A DNA stretch of 64,000 nucleotides from positions 5,015,045-5,079,044 of the forward strand of contig CM119264.1 in the NCBI GenBank assembly GCA_051294375.1. The letters run 5' to 3'. The notes under the pieces are model-generated. The model worked only from the letters and a program-made list of their open reading frames with translations, was not told the DNA's origin and did not search any database. Source of the stretch: Paraspadella gotoi. Lineage: Eukaryota; Animalia; Chaetognatha. The first letter of the stretch is position 1; each line of letters opens with the position of its first letter. Both the position numbers and the translations under genes were made by a program. This document shows, one piece after another, positions 1 through 30,956 of this stretch.

Positions 1-1680
1 CGCTCTCAGTTCGTCTTACTCTTTGCGCTCATCTGCTCATTCATATGTATTCTCAATCTGCATTTCCATCTGGTCTCTGATTGGCCGATTTCGGTTACGA
101 GGCCCATCTGCTCCGCGATGGCGATTGGCCAAACGAGAGAGAGAAAAGGAGAATTCCCAAATCCCTCTTTGCCTTAATTACTCGGAGACTTCACCGGTAA
201 AGCGAGTTTCCTTGGCAACGATAAAAGTTCCTTTCGAGTGATAAACGAGGTTTTATTTTCTGCTTTTTGCTATTTTTTAAAAAAATATGTAACGAAATTT
301 AGTAAACACAAGAATTACATTTTTGCAATCTTTCTCTATTTTTCGGCTGATTAAATAATCTATTTAGTTAAAAATAAAACCATCGTCATCATGATCATAA
401 TCCTATTAATCATCATCATCATCATGCTTAACATTAAAAATCATCATAAACTTCATTATCATCATCATCATCATCATCATCATGGTTATCATATATTAAA
501 AATCACCATAAAACATTATCATCATCACCATCATTGTCGAATCATCATCATCATCATCATCACATCATCATTGGTTATCAATTAAAAATCACCATAAACT
601 CATCATCATACTACCATCATTGTCGACATCATCATCATCATATCATCATCATCAACAAGGTTATCATTAAAAATCACATAAACATCATCATCAAACCATC
701 ATATTGTCAACATCATCATCATCATCATCATCCAATCAAATCGTCACCATCATCATACCTTCCTCAACATAAACGGCGTTTGCATCGCCTTTCTTCACTT
801 CCGGCGCGCCCACTTTCCGATCTTTGACGTACGGTGGCGCCGTCGCTGACCGACACTACAAAGGCGTCGCGACCGACGGCGCCGGCACCGGCCTCGATTT
901 CAGCTCGAAGAGCGCCGCTTTTGACGTCGGCGACAGTGAAAAGAGCGCCGTGCTGACTGGCGTCGTCGATGCCCGGCGAAAAGCGCCGCTCGGGGTCAGG
1001 GCGACGCCGGATTTGAAAAGGCGGAGGGAAGGACGACGGCGTCGAGACGGAAGACGAGGGCGTCGGGGGCGTGTCGGGGTCAGTGGCGGAGAGGTGGCGC
1101 CACTGAGGATGGGCAGGGAGTGGAAGGTTTTGGAGCGTGAGATAAGGAGGAAGTGAATGAAGAAATGTTATGATTAAATATTTATTTAAAAAATATAAAA
1201 ACAAAGCAGGGAAAGAATGAATTGACTATTCAATAGCCAAGTTAAAAAAGTAAAAAAGAAAAAAGATAGCAAAGAGAAAGCAGAGAAGATAGAAATAAAA
1301 GAAAAAGAGAAAGAAAATAAGACTGTCACAATCAAAGAAGAGAGAGAAAGAGAGAAAGAAAGAAAATTAGAAAGAAACGAAGAAATTAAAAAAGAAAGAA
1401 ATAATCTTTCCATCCCACTCAACGATCGCCACGCCCCCTTCCGGAATCTCGATCGGCGTCGTCCTCAGCGTCGGCGCCTCGTCGTCCACCGAAGAACCGT
1501 CACGTCGAGACGCTGATCCCGATGCAGTTGGAGGCGACGCGAACTCCGCCGACGCCGCCGTCTCGTTTCCGGCGCCGACTTGGCTTCGATCGGCGCGCCG
1601 TTGCAGACAGAGAATTCGAGGCGGAGAACGAGAGGAAAGGGGCCGACGTCGGTGATGGGGGCGAGCCGACTTGAGAGCGG
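1..1680 (+). repeat. Direct near-identical copy of ~13950-15650 (FREM1-like exons 8-9 and introns); probable assembly overlap
   Basis: Base-by-base match including the (CAT)n intron; differences are mostly 1-nt indels. Confidence 0.9.
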
Positions 1681-1699
1681 AGACCCCTGTCGCGCGAGT

Positions 1700-4600
1700 T
1701 GTAGACTACAGCTAGCGCACGCAATAAGTACGAGATATATATTAAATCATAATGTTCTAAGAATGCGAAAAGACCTTTTAGATCAGATAGCTGACTCTCA
1801 ATGAGGAATTCAGTCAGTTATATATACGAGTCAGGTTGGTCTTCCTCTGTCAATTGCAAATTAAATCAGTCCTGTGGATCGTCATTCTGAGGTCAGCATT
1901 ATCATTTGTATAGGAAGGGAAAATCCTAAATTAAGTGCTACTAGTCGCAAGACATAGAAATCTATATATATCAACCAAACAACAAGACCGTAACCTGGTG
2001 CGATACATGCAGTGTCACAGAGTAAATAAAACAAAATGTTTGGCTAAGTTAAAAGGTCTAATTTGAAGGGGTAGATCGATAATTGGTCCATTGGATCATA
2101 ATGACTATCCGCTCAAATTAATTTTCATTTGATCATTAGCTTATGTCCATTGACCAATGTCATACGTCTCACAAAATAAGGTACACATAAGTAAAAAAAG
2201 AAGGAGTGATAAGAATTGGGATATTTTTGTAGGTTTTTGTTATATAACAAAGGCGACGGACTTATTTAAGACTCAGCGAATTATATTTTTAAGGTAATTC
2301 AGTCCGAAGTTATTCCCGACTAAACTTGTACCTAACTTGATACTATAGTGCCGAGTTCTCTCTATTCGCTCTATTATATATATGAGATAAAAGGTAACTA
2401 GAGAGTTGCTATAAAGTGTCTCCAGAGCAAATCAATACCCGTGACCACAACTTTAATTGATGATAAGCATCCTCATTCCACTGGTAGCTGTACTTCTCTT
2501 GACTTCTTATGTGATACAAGTATTTGCGTATTTCGCGAAGTCTGTAGTTCAATTATTGCAACAATTTCCATTGACGTATTGGTCCATCTTTGACTCCAAT
2601 AGTTATATAATCTCTAGTTAACTATTTATTATTATGTATTTCCAATTATCCTGTTTATTTCGTCTTGAGAGTTACTGACCATTCGGAAAATGGTCTCTAC
2701 ATAAGCTAAGAACCATCGTACGAAGCTATCTCTCTACTCGTCTACACGGAAGATTATAACGGCTGTAGATGAGGCACCGTGCAGATGTGTGAACTGACGT
2801 TACTGCAATTCTCGTGAAATTTCAAATTACTGAAACGAGGAATTGATATCAGTGAGATAATCTTCCTGTTAAGCTCAAATAGTGTAAAGAAGGAGAGAAA
2901 ATGTTCCTAGAAGACACTCCTTTGTGTAAGGATATCCATATTTAATATAACAATTATTATCTATCCTATATACGATAATACATAAATTGAACGAATATTT
3001 TGTGGAAAGATGAAACTTAAGAACAAATCTTAACGAGCCGGTATTCATATGAATCTGGCCTTTTAAAGGATATGAAGAGCAATATAGAACAAACGGAACG
3101 GACTACGTATAGGAATACTTGTAAACTCGAAGTCGCTTAGAGATGAGAGGAGGAAATCACCTAAAATTGAGGTTAGTATCCAGGCGTGTCGAAGATGCAC
3201 GGAGCAAGAAAGTGTGGCGTCGTCGCGAAGCACCATATCTTCGACATCCATGACTTTGATCGCGCTGCTCGCATCGATATATCGCCACCGAAGGAGAGTC
3301 TCTGAGATCTGAATATACACCTACACTATCTTTTCGCCGTCGCTCACTTCGAAATTTCACTCTCCTCTCTGCTGTGGGCTGCATGGATCGTTCCCGGCCC
3401 CGCATAGGCTACACCTGACCAGAGACGAGACCTGGTTCCGACGGACTGCACATCGAGGACCCGCTTCGCAGAGCTATCCGAGGTCACTAACATACTACGT
3501 TACTGTCGCGTGCGGCGTGGACTACGACATGATACAGCGGGCGTGTGGAGTCGTTCGCTATGATCTCGGGAGACAATCAGCAGAGCACCGCAGAGCTTGC
3601 AGCCCAGAGGCGAAGGGTGATGTTCGAGCGCATAGAGTGAGGATTGGAGGAGTGAGGAGGAAGACGAGCATCGAGAGTGCAGAGACGCTGCAAGAGTGAT
3701 CATGATGATTAATATCATTTATAATTCATGTTAATCCATCTATGTTATTGACTGAGACAACAGAAACGAAGAGTCTGGAGATCAATCTGATTTCTCAAAT
3801 ATTAACTATTATCTTAACAAGGAATACTTGTGCAATACGTGAACCATAAAAAAATTTCGGGACTTGTCAGAATGATATCGAAAGCTTAATGTACTTCAAA
3901 CGGATATTGACTATGATTCATATAGGTGTAATGCATAAGGTGCGAGAGAGATATTAAAACACCAATAGCATTGCTCCGGTCTTGATTGCACATCAAAGAC
4001 AAGAAAATGAGACTCGGAGACGATGATTATGGCGTTATTTGTATCTTTAACATAAATTATAATGGATAATTTTGTAAATATACTACTCGTAACAATTCCT
4101 CATTGTGAGAGAAAAATATACCGTGTCACATATTACTCTATTATATGTATTAATGATGACGAACTAGACAAAAAGAAATCGTCAATCCGATATTTGGGTA
4201 TTTAAGCATCACATTTCTCCAGCATATTCATACCTTCTCCTTTACCAGACGACAAGGCAATACTAATGTTCGCCAAACTTGCACGCCTCCTCGGCTCAGA
4301 TTCTCCCGACTATGGCGGACGCTGCGGCGATCGAATCAAACTTTTACAGGCACAAAGGCCGGATGGTCGACCGGAAGTCAGGCCGACGGCGGCTGAGCTG
4401 GATGAGGAAATTGGCGTAACGGATCAGAAAAACTTTCAGACGGATACAACTGAGACGAGCACCGAAGAGTTCTTGGGGACCAACGAGAAAGTCGAAAAAG
4501 GAGCACGAGCACGGATACTTAGGTGAATGAATGAATTGACGATTTGCGTGTTCGTAGACGAAAGAAGCGAGTTAGACGCGGATGGGAGGGCATATGTATG

Positions 4601-4986
4601 GACGCACAGAATATCAGAGGAGAAGGAGAGAAGGGACAGGCAAGTAGAGGAGGAGAGGAGACAGAGGCGGACGACGAGAGAGGGGAGGAGAGAGAAGCAA
4701 AGGAGAGAGAGACGAAAGACATGTAGGGAAGGGAGAGAGTAGATGCGATACAGGAGGATCACTGCACGGGAGACATGCGCGAGCAATGTATTATTTTGAT
4801 CTCGTGCAATTCCTATATAAGTCAAAAGTACACAAGAGAGAGAAGCAACTATAATAGACTGGTATATAGTGAGGAGGAGAGCAGTGACCATGATTTTCAA
4901 GAGTTAGCCGCCGGCTCGTGAACCTGCGAGGTTGAGCTGAAAGCCCGCCCGGAAGAGATTAGAGCCTAGAAAGAGAAGAGAGAGAG

Positions 4987-5037
<51 letters not shown>

Positions 5038-6501
5038 GAGAGAGAGAGTGTGACACGTAGAATAGCCCATTTCGCGCTGCCGTCGATTCCGCTTTTCAGT
5101 CGACGGGGGTGGACGATTCAGACGGTTGCCTTCGAGATTCGAAAACCGTTCGGCCGCGTGGGGGTGTGTTTTGGACGTCGAAAGTGAGTCGAGGATGTGG
5201 CGCTGCTTCAAGGTGTCAATCGAGGGATCCCGGTTTGACGGAGCGATTCCTGCGGGTCTTCGGTGCGAAGGAGGAAAAGAGAACGGACGACGACCGTGCT
5301 TCCCAGCTCTTCGGTCTGAAACGACGGTTATCCGTCACGGTGGGAATTGCTCGGTGTCGACAGCAATAACATCGACCCGGGCGCGATCTTTTTCACCTCG
5401 GGTCTCTTGATCTGGCGCGCCGGTAGTGACGGAACTGAATAGGCTCTAGTCCCGTTTGACGGGGCCTTCACGGCAGAGAGGGACGACGGAACGGAATGCA
5501 ATAGCGATTTAGGCCGATTTCTCAAAACTGTCGAGCGTACTAAAGGACGGGGGGCTGGGCGATGGGGCGCCCTTGGTCGGCGACCTCAGCCCAAGTGGCG
5601 AGATGTGGCGATGGATGAGTCTGGTTGTGGCCGCGAGGATGGGCGACGACGGGCGCTCCGTTATTGCCAGGTCGGAGGAGCTGACCGGTAGTCGGTCTTG
5701 CCCATGCCGCGATTCTTCGGGGGCGGCGTCGACGAACAATAGCGGCCGCTGTTGATCGGCCGCCGTGAACCGAGTTGGTCGTGGACGCGCCGGCAGGAGA
5801 GACGCGCTCAATCGATGTCGCACGCAACACGTTTATGAACCGCCGACCCCGGCCGCGGATTCAGACTCTGGACAGCGGGCGTCGTTAACCAGTTTCTCGT
5901 GACGGGGGGGGGGGGATTCGCCGCAAAATTCCGGCATGTCCGTTATTAAAGGAAAGAGTGGATCCGCGTTTAAGAATGGCGTGGCTAAGGCTACGCTTGT
6001 GGTGGGCGGGGCGTTTTTTTGTGGACGCGTTACGGGTTCGAGGAAGTGGATCGAGGACGAATATATTCCGGTCAGGAGAGAGGCACGTGAGATTGGGGAA
6101 GAGCGGGTTAGGGGTGCGTCCGATGGCGGTTCCGTTGGGGGGGCGGGGAACGGGGCGAATTCTGGGGGGGGAAGGGGTGGAATGCGGGGGAGGTGAGCGG
6201 TTGGTGAAAGGATATTTTTGTACAGTAAGGTTTTAAATTTAGCAGAGTGAAGTGATTGAATCAGTTATCAAATTCAATTCTCCATGGAATATTTTATTTC
6301 TCCACACTCTTCTTACTTGATTTATATCATATTTTAAACTTTTTTTTAAGGCTTTTATATAAAAGAGTAGATAAGTTTTTTTTTTGGAACCATACTGGCT
6401 GGTAAAAATAATATTTAAAGAAACAATTGGGGTCTTAAAAAAAAAACTAATTTGATTCAATCCAGGGGTTTCCCTAATAACATAGCTTGGGCTAGTCGGC
6501 A
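1700..6501 (+). other. Inverted, insertion-rich noisy copy of ~18157-21200 (raw long-read-like sequence)
   Basis: 1914-1948 matches the reverse complement of ~21040-21080, 2728 matches ~20540, 5070-5400 matches ~19085-18820, and 6238-6501 matches ~18353-18157. Scattered extra bases throughout; ends at a 25-N gap. Confidence 0.85.
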
Positions 6502-9165
6502 NNNNNNNNNNNNNNNNNNNNNNNNNCAAACCCAAACGATCACACGAACATACCTTACAAATGGAGGGACGCGGAGGAAATTCATGCATATATATATAAT
6601 GATTACAACGGAAGTTCGTCGTGTTTTCACAGAATGGCAGATTTTTTATATCTAACGTTTCAAACAGAATCTCTTTAATACAGAAATCGTCGTAGGTATT
6701 TACCTCGTCGCACACCGATTGCCTCTGTGTTTGCCATCTTATCCGATCATGTTAACTTCCGCGATGACCTTCTGTCAGGCCGAGCGGTATCGAGCGGAGA
6801 AAGGGAGGAAGGAGAGATTAAAAATTTATTATCCTTAAACGAGTTTAAAGAGGCGCCACCACGCGGCGAGGAAAAGGAGAGCGAAACTGACAAAACAGTC
6901 TTTTGGGGAGTTCTGCTATTCGTATATAATGCCAATTGCATGTATAACGTATATAAATTTAAGCTAAGTAGAAGCGAACACGTCTTCCAATAAATCTTCT
7001 GTTTGCCATCGATTATAATCTCGAACGCTTTCCTTTTATTTTATTTATTTCTTTTTTCTTAGACCCGATGAAACTTTTTGCCTCGCGAGTTATAAGCCTC
7101 CACACTATTCTATCACTCCCTGTCTCTTCCTTTCTATCGGCTTCGTCTCCGTATTGTTTCTTTCTTCTCTCTTCTCTTGTGGTCTATCTTTTTTACCGAT
7201 CTTTCTGTCTTTCCTTTCTTTCTTGAGATCTTTCTTTCTTCTTATCTTGTCTTATCTTTCTTTATTTCTTCTTTCTTTCTTTCTTTCCTTTTTGTTCCTA
7301 GGACACTCTATGAAAAATGTATCAACTGTCGTCGTGTCATCACGTCGCTTCTTCATTCTGTCGCGTCGTCGCCGCCGTTGAACTCATTTCCTCATGACTT
7401 CACCGCACGGCGTGGCTGACTTTTTTTGTCGTCATTGCTTCTCTCTCTCTCTCTTCTACGTTTATTCAACGCGCGTCTCTCTCTCTCTTATTTTATCTTC
7501 CGCGCTTTCATGTCTTTTCTCTCCTCTCTCATTGAAAAATCAGTTCTCGAGCTATCGTAGATACGATTTCTCGCATGAACTAAGATTACCATTGTACAAA
7601 GCGACGTATCAAGACATTATATTAAAAATATTATACGTACATCATCATACCTTCAAAATTTATATCATGAAATATATATTAATAGATATAGTCTTAATTT
7701 TACTAATTCGGGTCTGTTAAATTTAGTCAGGGATATATTACAGGCGACACACCGGATAACAGGTTCGTCTTGAACCACGACAGCTGTCAGAGCTCAAACG
7801 TGAATCCTGGTGAAAATATTCGTCGTTGCTATCGCGCGTCGTTGTATCGCTCATTGGTCACCATCGTTTTTTTCGTCGTCTTTGTTTTCATCGTCGATTG
7901 TCGTCGTCGTTCGTCGACGTACGTTGTCCATCATCCTCTTGTCATCGATGTTCGTTTGTCACTCGCGCTCGTTCACTCGTCCGCTCTCCGCTCATCACAT
8001 TGTCCATCGTCTCTCTCTATCGTGTTCTCTTTGTCGTCGTCTCGTCGCCTCCATCTTGCACTCACTCTCTCCATCGCACGTTCGTCGTCGTCGTTGTCAT
8101 CATCCTTTTTCATCGCACGTTCGTCGTCGTCGTTGTATCGTCCTCTTTCATCGTCGTCCGCTCGTTGTCAATCCTATTTCGCATCATTCCTCTTTCTCGG
8201 CGAACAAAATCCGCTTCGGCTTTCCATCGAATTCTCTTGAATTCTATGACAAAATTGGAATTAATCTTTTTTTATTCTTCGTCTGAGTTCGATCGTACAC
8301 TTTATCCATTGTTAGACAGCAGGCACTCATTCATCGCAGGGGCGTCCGGGGTCGCTCGTCCGTCCGTCGTCGTTCGTCGTCGTCGTCGTCGTCGTCCGTC
8401 CCGCCCGTCGATCGTCGTCGTCCGTCCGTACGTCGTCAATCTCGCCAACCTCCCCCCTCCCCCCCCAAGTCACCGGACGCTGACTCTTTCCCGCTTCCTA
8501 TCTTCGCACGTCGTTAACCTTAATCGGTCCTAATTTCGAAAATCGCTTACTCCTTCTTTGACCGGGGAACTGTCTCTTTTGATGGCCGCTCTGATCTGCG
8601 CACTTTTCGATGGCGTTTTGATTGCACTTTTCGATGCAGCGTTTCTATCTAATGGCGACGTTGTCTCGCTATGCATGACAGGACATCGCGCTCATTCGAT
8701 TAAAGAATCATCCGCAGGATTCATTTCAACGATTTTTTTAAAAATAAGGTTGGTCAGATTAAAGCGGAAAGTTGAGGCGACCAAAATGTTGGCAAGATGA
8801 TTCGAAAGAGAAAGTGAACGATGCGAACAAAAGCAAAAGTAAATGAACTAGAGATAAGAGAAGAGAGAGAGAGAGAGTCAGTAAACAGTGCTCCCGGCGA
8901 TCACAAAAAACAGAGTTAACGCAATTGCCGATCTCGGATTGACTTCAAGGATTTAAGAAAGAAGAGCGAAAACAAAACAATCCAAGAAAATAAAAAAAAA
9001 AACTAAAGATACAAAAAAAAAAAAACAGAAGAAAAACATAACTACCTCCCCATCACCATCACCCTACCCCCAAGCCACAGCCCCCACTCCCTCCCTCTCC
9101 CCATCAACCTACCCACCACAGCCCCCACCCGCCCCACCTACAAACTCACCATAACTCGCAGAGAC

Positions 9166-25133
<15,968 letters not shown>

Positions 25134-26284
25134 GGCGTCGTCGTCGTCGTCGTCGTTTCTGTTTTCTTTCGTCCGCAATTTTTTTTTTAGCGACAAAAAA
25201 AGGCAGGAATTTTCTAATATGTTTTTTTTTCCTGAGTTCAACATGAAAAAGGAGAGAGAAAGTCTATTTGGAGTTTAATTCATTCATAGCAGGAAAATTA
25301 TGAGGTGAAAGGGGGATGGCGGGTTGGCTCGGTGAAAACAGGGGAGGAGCAGGAGGAGGAGGAGGGGGAGGAAGAAGAGGAGGAAGAGGATCGTGGATTA
25401 AGGAGACTTCTTATTTCCTTAATCACCATGGTTCGTGTCTCGCTTTGCTTTTCTTTGTGTCTTGAATGTCTTCCAGTGAACGAGTGTGAATGAGAGTGGC
25501 CAATGACGACGACGATGACGACGATGACGACGATGCCGAGGAAAATAAAAAAAACCGGGAAAAAAGTAAGAAGATTATAAGCGTTAATAAAAATCGGCCT
25601 TTTTTATACGAGGGCTTATAAATCATCCAAAAGGACGGAAAATTGACTCAAAGTATCAGCGAAAATTTTTTTATTCCCAAACGCATATAGCAGAATATGG
25701 CAATTTTATAGGCTTGAACAATTTAATAATAAGCAATTTATACCTCCTTCCATCAGAAATTTTTTTAAAAAATCAATGGGGGGGACAAGGAGAAATACCT
25801 TTTTTTTTAAGTGTTGATGTGATATTTTATCAATTTTTAAAAATATTTTCGACAGGGCACAACTAATTTTTCGCGACTTTTCGACTTTATCCCGACGCCG
25901 ACTACAGAGTGCCGCGTGATATTTTCTCCCAATACTTTTTTTCCGATGAAAGACGCGAGAGTGCGATAAGCTTTCCACCTCTGGCGCCAGTAGAGAACGC
26001 AACGAGGAAACGCGGGAAAATCACAAAGACGAATTCGAGACGAGATCAAAAAAAAAAAGGGAATCGAATTCGAATCAAAAGATTTTTAATCGATTTTAGA
26101 GAAAAATTACTGAAAATCTTTTTAAGATTACGACTTTCAAGATGAAAGAAAAAAGTAAATTTTTATTTCTATTCTTCGCGTTTTTTTTTTTAAACTTTTT
26201 TCTCTCTTTTGTTTCATTCACATCGGAAAATAAAAAGGTTTCTAACTTGAGCCGTGAATAAAAAGAAAATTAACTGAGTGAGAA

Positions 26285-26349
<65 letters not shown>

Positions 26350-26399
26350 AAAATTTAAGAGTAGAAAATCGAGGAAAAGAAAAGGAAACAAAAACAAAA

Positions 26400-26820
26400 A
26401 CAGGAGGTTGCACCGCGATCGACCGCCCCCTAAATAGCCCTTACTTCCCGTTGCCGCCCGCTACCGCCGCCCGTCATCCGCCCGCCACCCTCGCCCCCTT
26501 AAAACACCCACTCCCTCTCTCCACTCCCTCTCTCCACTCCCCATCTCCACATCTCAAAGAAAATCTCGGGTCATTGCACTAATTGCTGAGAAACGGCCCT
26601 TTTCTTTTTTTTAGCGATTGTGGTTTTTTTTTTGTTTTCTTGTGGTTTTTTGGAATTCTTCCAATCAGAGTCGGAGATTTCGCCTTCTCGGCCAATCAGA
26701 AGCTTCTATTTTCGAGTACCAACGTCGATCCATAATTCTCTTTTTTTTTACCGCGAATGAATCGCGGAAAACGAAAACGAATTTTCCAGATGTTATCGAG
26801 TTTGGGGTTCCCTCGTTTTT

Positions 26821-26874
<54 letters not shown>

Positions 26875-26883
26875 ACGCCGCCA
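26400..26883. promoter_or_regulatory. Candidate promoter/5' region: GC boxes, two CCAAT boxes 31 bp apart, (CCG)18 tract
   Basis: CCGCCC motifs at ~26423-26490; CCAATCAGA at 26661 and 26692; CCG repeat 26821-26874; lies ~1.5 kb upstream of the FREM1-like first coding exon. Confidence 0.4.
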
Positions 26884-27240
26884 CATTTTCTCCCACCGCC
26901 GGCGTCGCTATCTTCGCGTTGGCATGGAAACCTTTGCGTCATTAATCAACTCGTCACCTTCCAATTCTTCGGAACTTAAAAAATGATGTAGTTTCACGAC
27001 AGGAAATTGGCCAACGTAAATATAGAATATCAGGTCGAGGCCTCGTGGCGGCGGCCGACGGATTTAGACGGAAGATAGAAATATGTCTTAATATAACATT
27101 ACTTTTATTTACTAATATAATTCTTTTTTACTTTTATTTCTATTCTTAGTAATGACGATATCTCTTTCTTTGTCGAAAATTTGAAATTGATTTAATCTTA
27201 TTTTCATTTGTGATTTGATCATTAAAACTTAACTTTTAAT

Positions 27241-27725
27241 TATAATGATTAATCGTAATTGCCGTCAATATTTATTCTGTATTAACCTTCCTTTTATGTA
27301 TAAATACACGTCTATACTGTAATTTGACTTAAACAGCGTCTGGCTCTTATAAATTAAAACTTAATCGTTTCGTTTGTTTTGTTTTAATTTTTTAATTAAC
27401 CTTTTCTCTAAGTTTTTTTTTTTTTTCGTTTGATGTTCTTTTTTTTTTTAAAAAAAAGGTTTCTCCCGGTGGGCCCGGTGGAGGAGGATGAAAAACGATT
27501 ACCAGGCGTGACTTGAAAGAACTCGTGGGAGAGGGGAAACGAGAGAGAGAGAGAGAGAAGAGAGGAGAGAGAGAGAGAGGAGAGAGTGAGGGGCGGGGAG
27601 TGAACAGGGGTTGTCAATGTTTTTAAAACGGTTGCTTAAACCCATGTTGGTTTTTTATACGTTGTTTAAAAAGAAGAGAGAAAAGAGTATGGAGTTGTGA
27701 AAGAAGAGAAAGAGATGAATAAAAA

Positions 27726-27794
<69 letters not shown>

Positions 27795-28561
27795 AGATAG
27801 GAGAGAAGAGAGAGAGAGAGAAAGAGTAGTAGTATAGAAAGAGATTAAAGAGAAAGAGATAGAAAGAAAGAGAGAGAAAAAAAAAAAAAAAGAAAAAGAG
27901 AGAGAGAGAGCAGAGAGAGAGAGAGAGAGAAGAGAGAGTATTTTTAGAGTATCTAGTTGTTTATACTTTTTTTTTCTTGCGAAAATGATTCCGGAGAGGT
28001 TATTATTTACGCCTGGGCATCTGAGGGTCTCAAAAANNNNNNNNNNNNNNNNNNNNNNNNNAATATGATTATCTCAATTGCGTCAATATTTATTTGTATT
28101 AACCTTGCCTTTTAGATATCAAATAACGTATACGTAATTTGACTTAAACAGCGGTCTGGCTCTTTAATTATAAACTTAATCGTTTCGTTTGTTTTGTTTA
28201 ATTTTTAATTAACGGCTTTTCCAAGCTTTTTTTTTTTTCGTTTGATGTTCTTTTTTTTTTAAAAAAAAAGGTTTCCTCGCGGTGGCCCGTGGAGGAGGTA
28301 GAACGATACAGGCGTGGACTTAAGACTGGGAAAGAGACTCGAGAGAGGGGGGAAATCGGAGGTGAGAAGAGAGAAGAGAGAGACGAGAGGAAGAGAGAGG
28401 GGCGGGGAGTGAACCAGGGGTTGTCAATGTTTTTAACGGGTTGCTAAACCCATGTGGTTTTTTATACGTTGTGTTAAAAAGAAGAGAGAAAAGAGATGGA
28501 GTTGTGAAAGAAAAGAGAAAGATGGAAAAAAAAAAAAAAGGGAAGAAGAGAGAGGAGAGAG

Positions 28562-28596
<35 letters not shown>

Positions 28597-28850
28597 GAGA
28601 GAGAGATGAGCGAAGAGAAGAGAGAGAGAAAGAGAGTGAGATTAGAAAGAGATTAAAGAAAGAAAGAGATAGAAAGAAGAGAGAGATGAAAAAAAAAAAA
28701 AAAAAAGAGAGAGAGAGATGCAGAGAGAGAGAGAGGAGAAAGAGAGAGCGAGGAGAGATGAAGTATAGAGTATTTTTAGAGTATCTAGTTGTTACTTTTT
28801 TTTCTGCGAAACCAATTCCGAGAGGTTTTTACGGCATCGAGGGTCGTAAA
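27241..28850. repeat. ~800-bp tandem duplicate flanking a 25-N gap (27241-28036 vs 28062-28850); probable overfilled-gap artefact
   Basis: Both sides carry the same sequence with indel noise; gap 28037-28061 is exactly 25 N. Confidence 0.85.
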
Positions 28851-29523
28851 GGTGCAGAGGGAACCGATGAAGGAAACGAAGCTGCCCCGGAAATTTTAGT
28901 TTAAAAAAGATTAACTTTCAGTCGAAAAAAAACGTAAAAAAACAAAACATCCAAACAAACATACAAACAAACAAACGTAGAAGCAATCTAAAATAAAAAG
29001 AAATCCAGTTGCCATCATAGAAAACATTTCCTTCTCTATATTTATGTACGAATTATCCAATCCATTCATTTAATGAATAAGCTATTTTGCCCCTGACTAT
29101 GGACAGGCTATGTTGGTTTAAGGCTTCCATCACACAAGATAATAACATAGGAGGACCCAGTAAGCTCTCAATCAAGACTCTCTCACAGTCTCGTTTATTC
29201 ACACGCAGAGTGGTTCATTTTTTCGATCATATCTTTCGAAAATAATTAATATTAACAAAACCCACTCAACTTCCCTCCCGCCAAACTTTCTTACTAACAT
29301 AACACAGAAAGCCGTCGGCCACAATTTTGCCCTTTAAGTATTTTTTGACCAGCACTTAACTTGTTTATCGCGACCGCTTCCGTTCCCGCCCACTCGGCCA
29401 ACTCAATTTGCCCGCCGGTTTTAAGCATAATCTGTTTTAATATAAGACCCTCCAATTAGATCGAGCTTTGGCGAGAGGGCGTTGAAACAACATCCATCGC
29501 CAGCGCGAAATGAAAACAAGTCT

Positions 29524-29637
<114 letters not shown>

Positions 29638-30102
29638 AATAGAAGTTCATTATGAACAACAGATTGAGAGTCAAAAGTCTGTTGTGTTTTTAAAGTAAAA
29701 AGGAAATATAATGGGGGAAAACGGGGAAAGATAAAAATAGAGAAAGAGAGAGAGAGATAGAGATAGAGATAGAGAGAGAGAGAGAGAGAGAGATAGAAAA
29801 CTCTCCGATTTTAAAACGGGAATAAAAGCTTATGAAAACCGGACTGCTCAATGGAAAAAAGGGGAAACACACGCTCTCTCTCTCTCTCTCTTCATGTATT
29901 CACTGATTTGCCAGGAAAAATGAAGGGAATCGTTTGGATGTGTGAAAGTCCTGTGAAAATCCTTTTATCGTTTGGCCGGGCATGAAAGCTTTCGAAAGGC
30001 TCTCCCCTTCTCGCCATTCGTCACAACTGGAACACGGACTTTTTTTTTAGACGCGACCTTTTTTTTTCTGGGGTGGCTTCTCTCTCTCTCTCTCTCTCCT
30101 CT

Positions 30103-30161
<59 letters not shown>

Positions 30162-30501
30162 CCTTTCAGCAGACCCCTTTTTCGAGCAGGCAGATTTGTG
30201 CGAAGATTCTGACACCGTCCCCGTGTCACCGCATTTAGTATTTCTTAATTAAAGAATTAAACCCAAAATACTATTTTTTGTTTAACCGTTTGGTCAAGGA
30301 TCGTGATATTTTAATCGAACACGCAGAACTCTTTAGCGACGGGAATCCGAAGCCCAAAGAGTCGTGAAAAGCGAAAAGCGATTTTGATTTTGTTCCCCAA
30401 AAATTTTCGTTGTTTTCGATAAGAATTTGAGGAAAAAGATGAATGATTTGAGGCGTTAATACGTAGTATATTCTTGAACATTGTAATCGTAAAACTAAAG
30501 G

Positions 30502-30616
<115 letters not shown>

Positions 30617-30864
30617 CTATGAGCAACGAGTAATCCTTATTACTCCCAAATCCGCATCTTTTCTTAAGATTCGTTCGTCGATGATTTCATGATGCAATTT
30701 ATCGTCATCATCGTCGCGCTGTGATCGTTGTTGTCGTTGTTGTTATCCTTGCCATTGTCCGGACATGATGAGGGAAATAAACTCGAGAGAATTTCGAAGT
30801 TGGACGGAGATTGAGAAATTCGAAAACGAAAATTCGTGATTTGGGGTAAAACTCGTAGCTTTCT

Positions 30865-30956
<92 letters not shown>

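Noticed and set aside
382-830. His-rich and Ile-rich ORFs (also 14344-14915)
   Set aside because: Translations of an intronic (CAT)n microsatellite.
7770-8533. Long overlapping plus-strand ORFs
   Set aside because: Low-complexity (TCG/CAT) sequence in the noisy gap-adjacent region.
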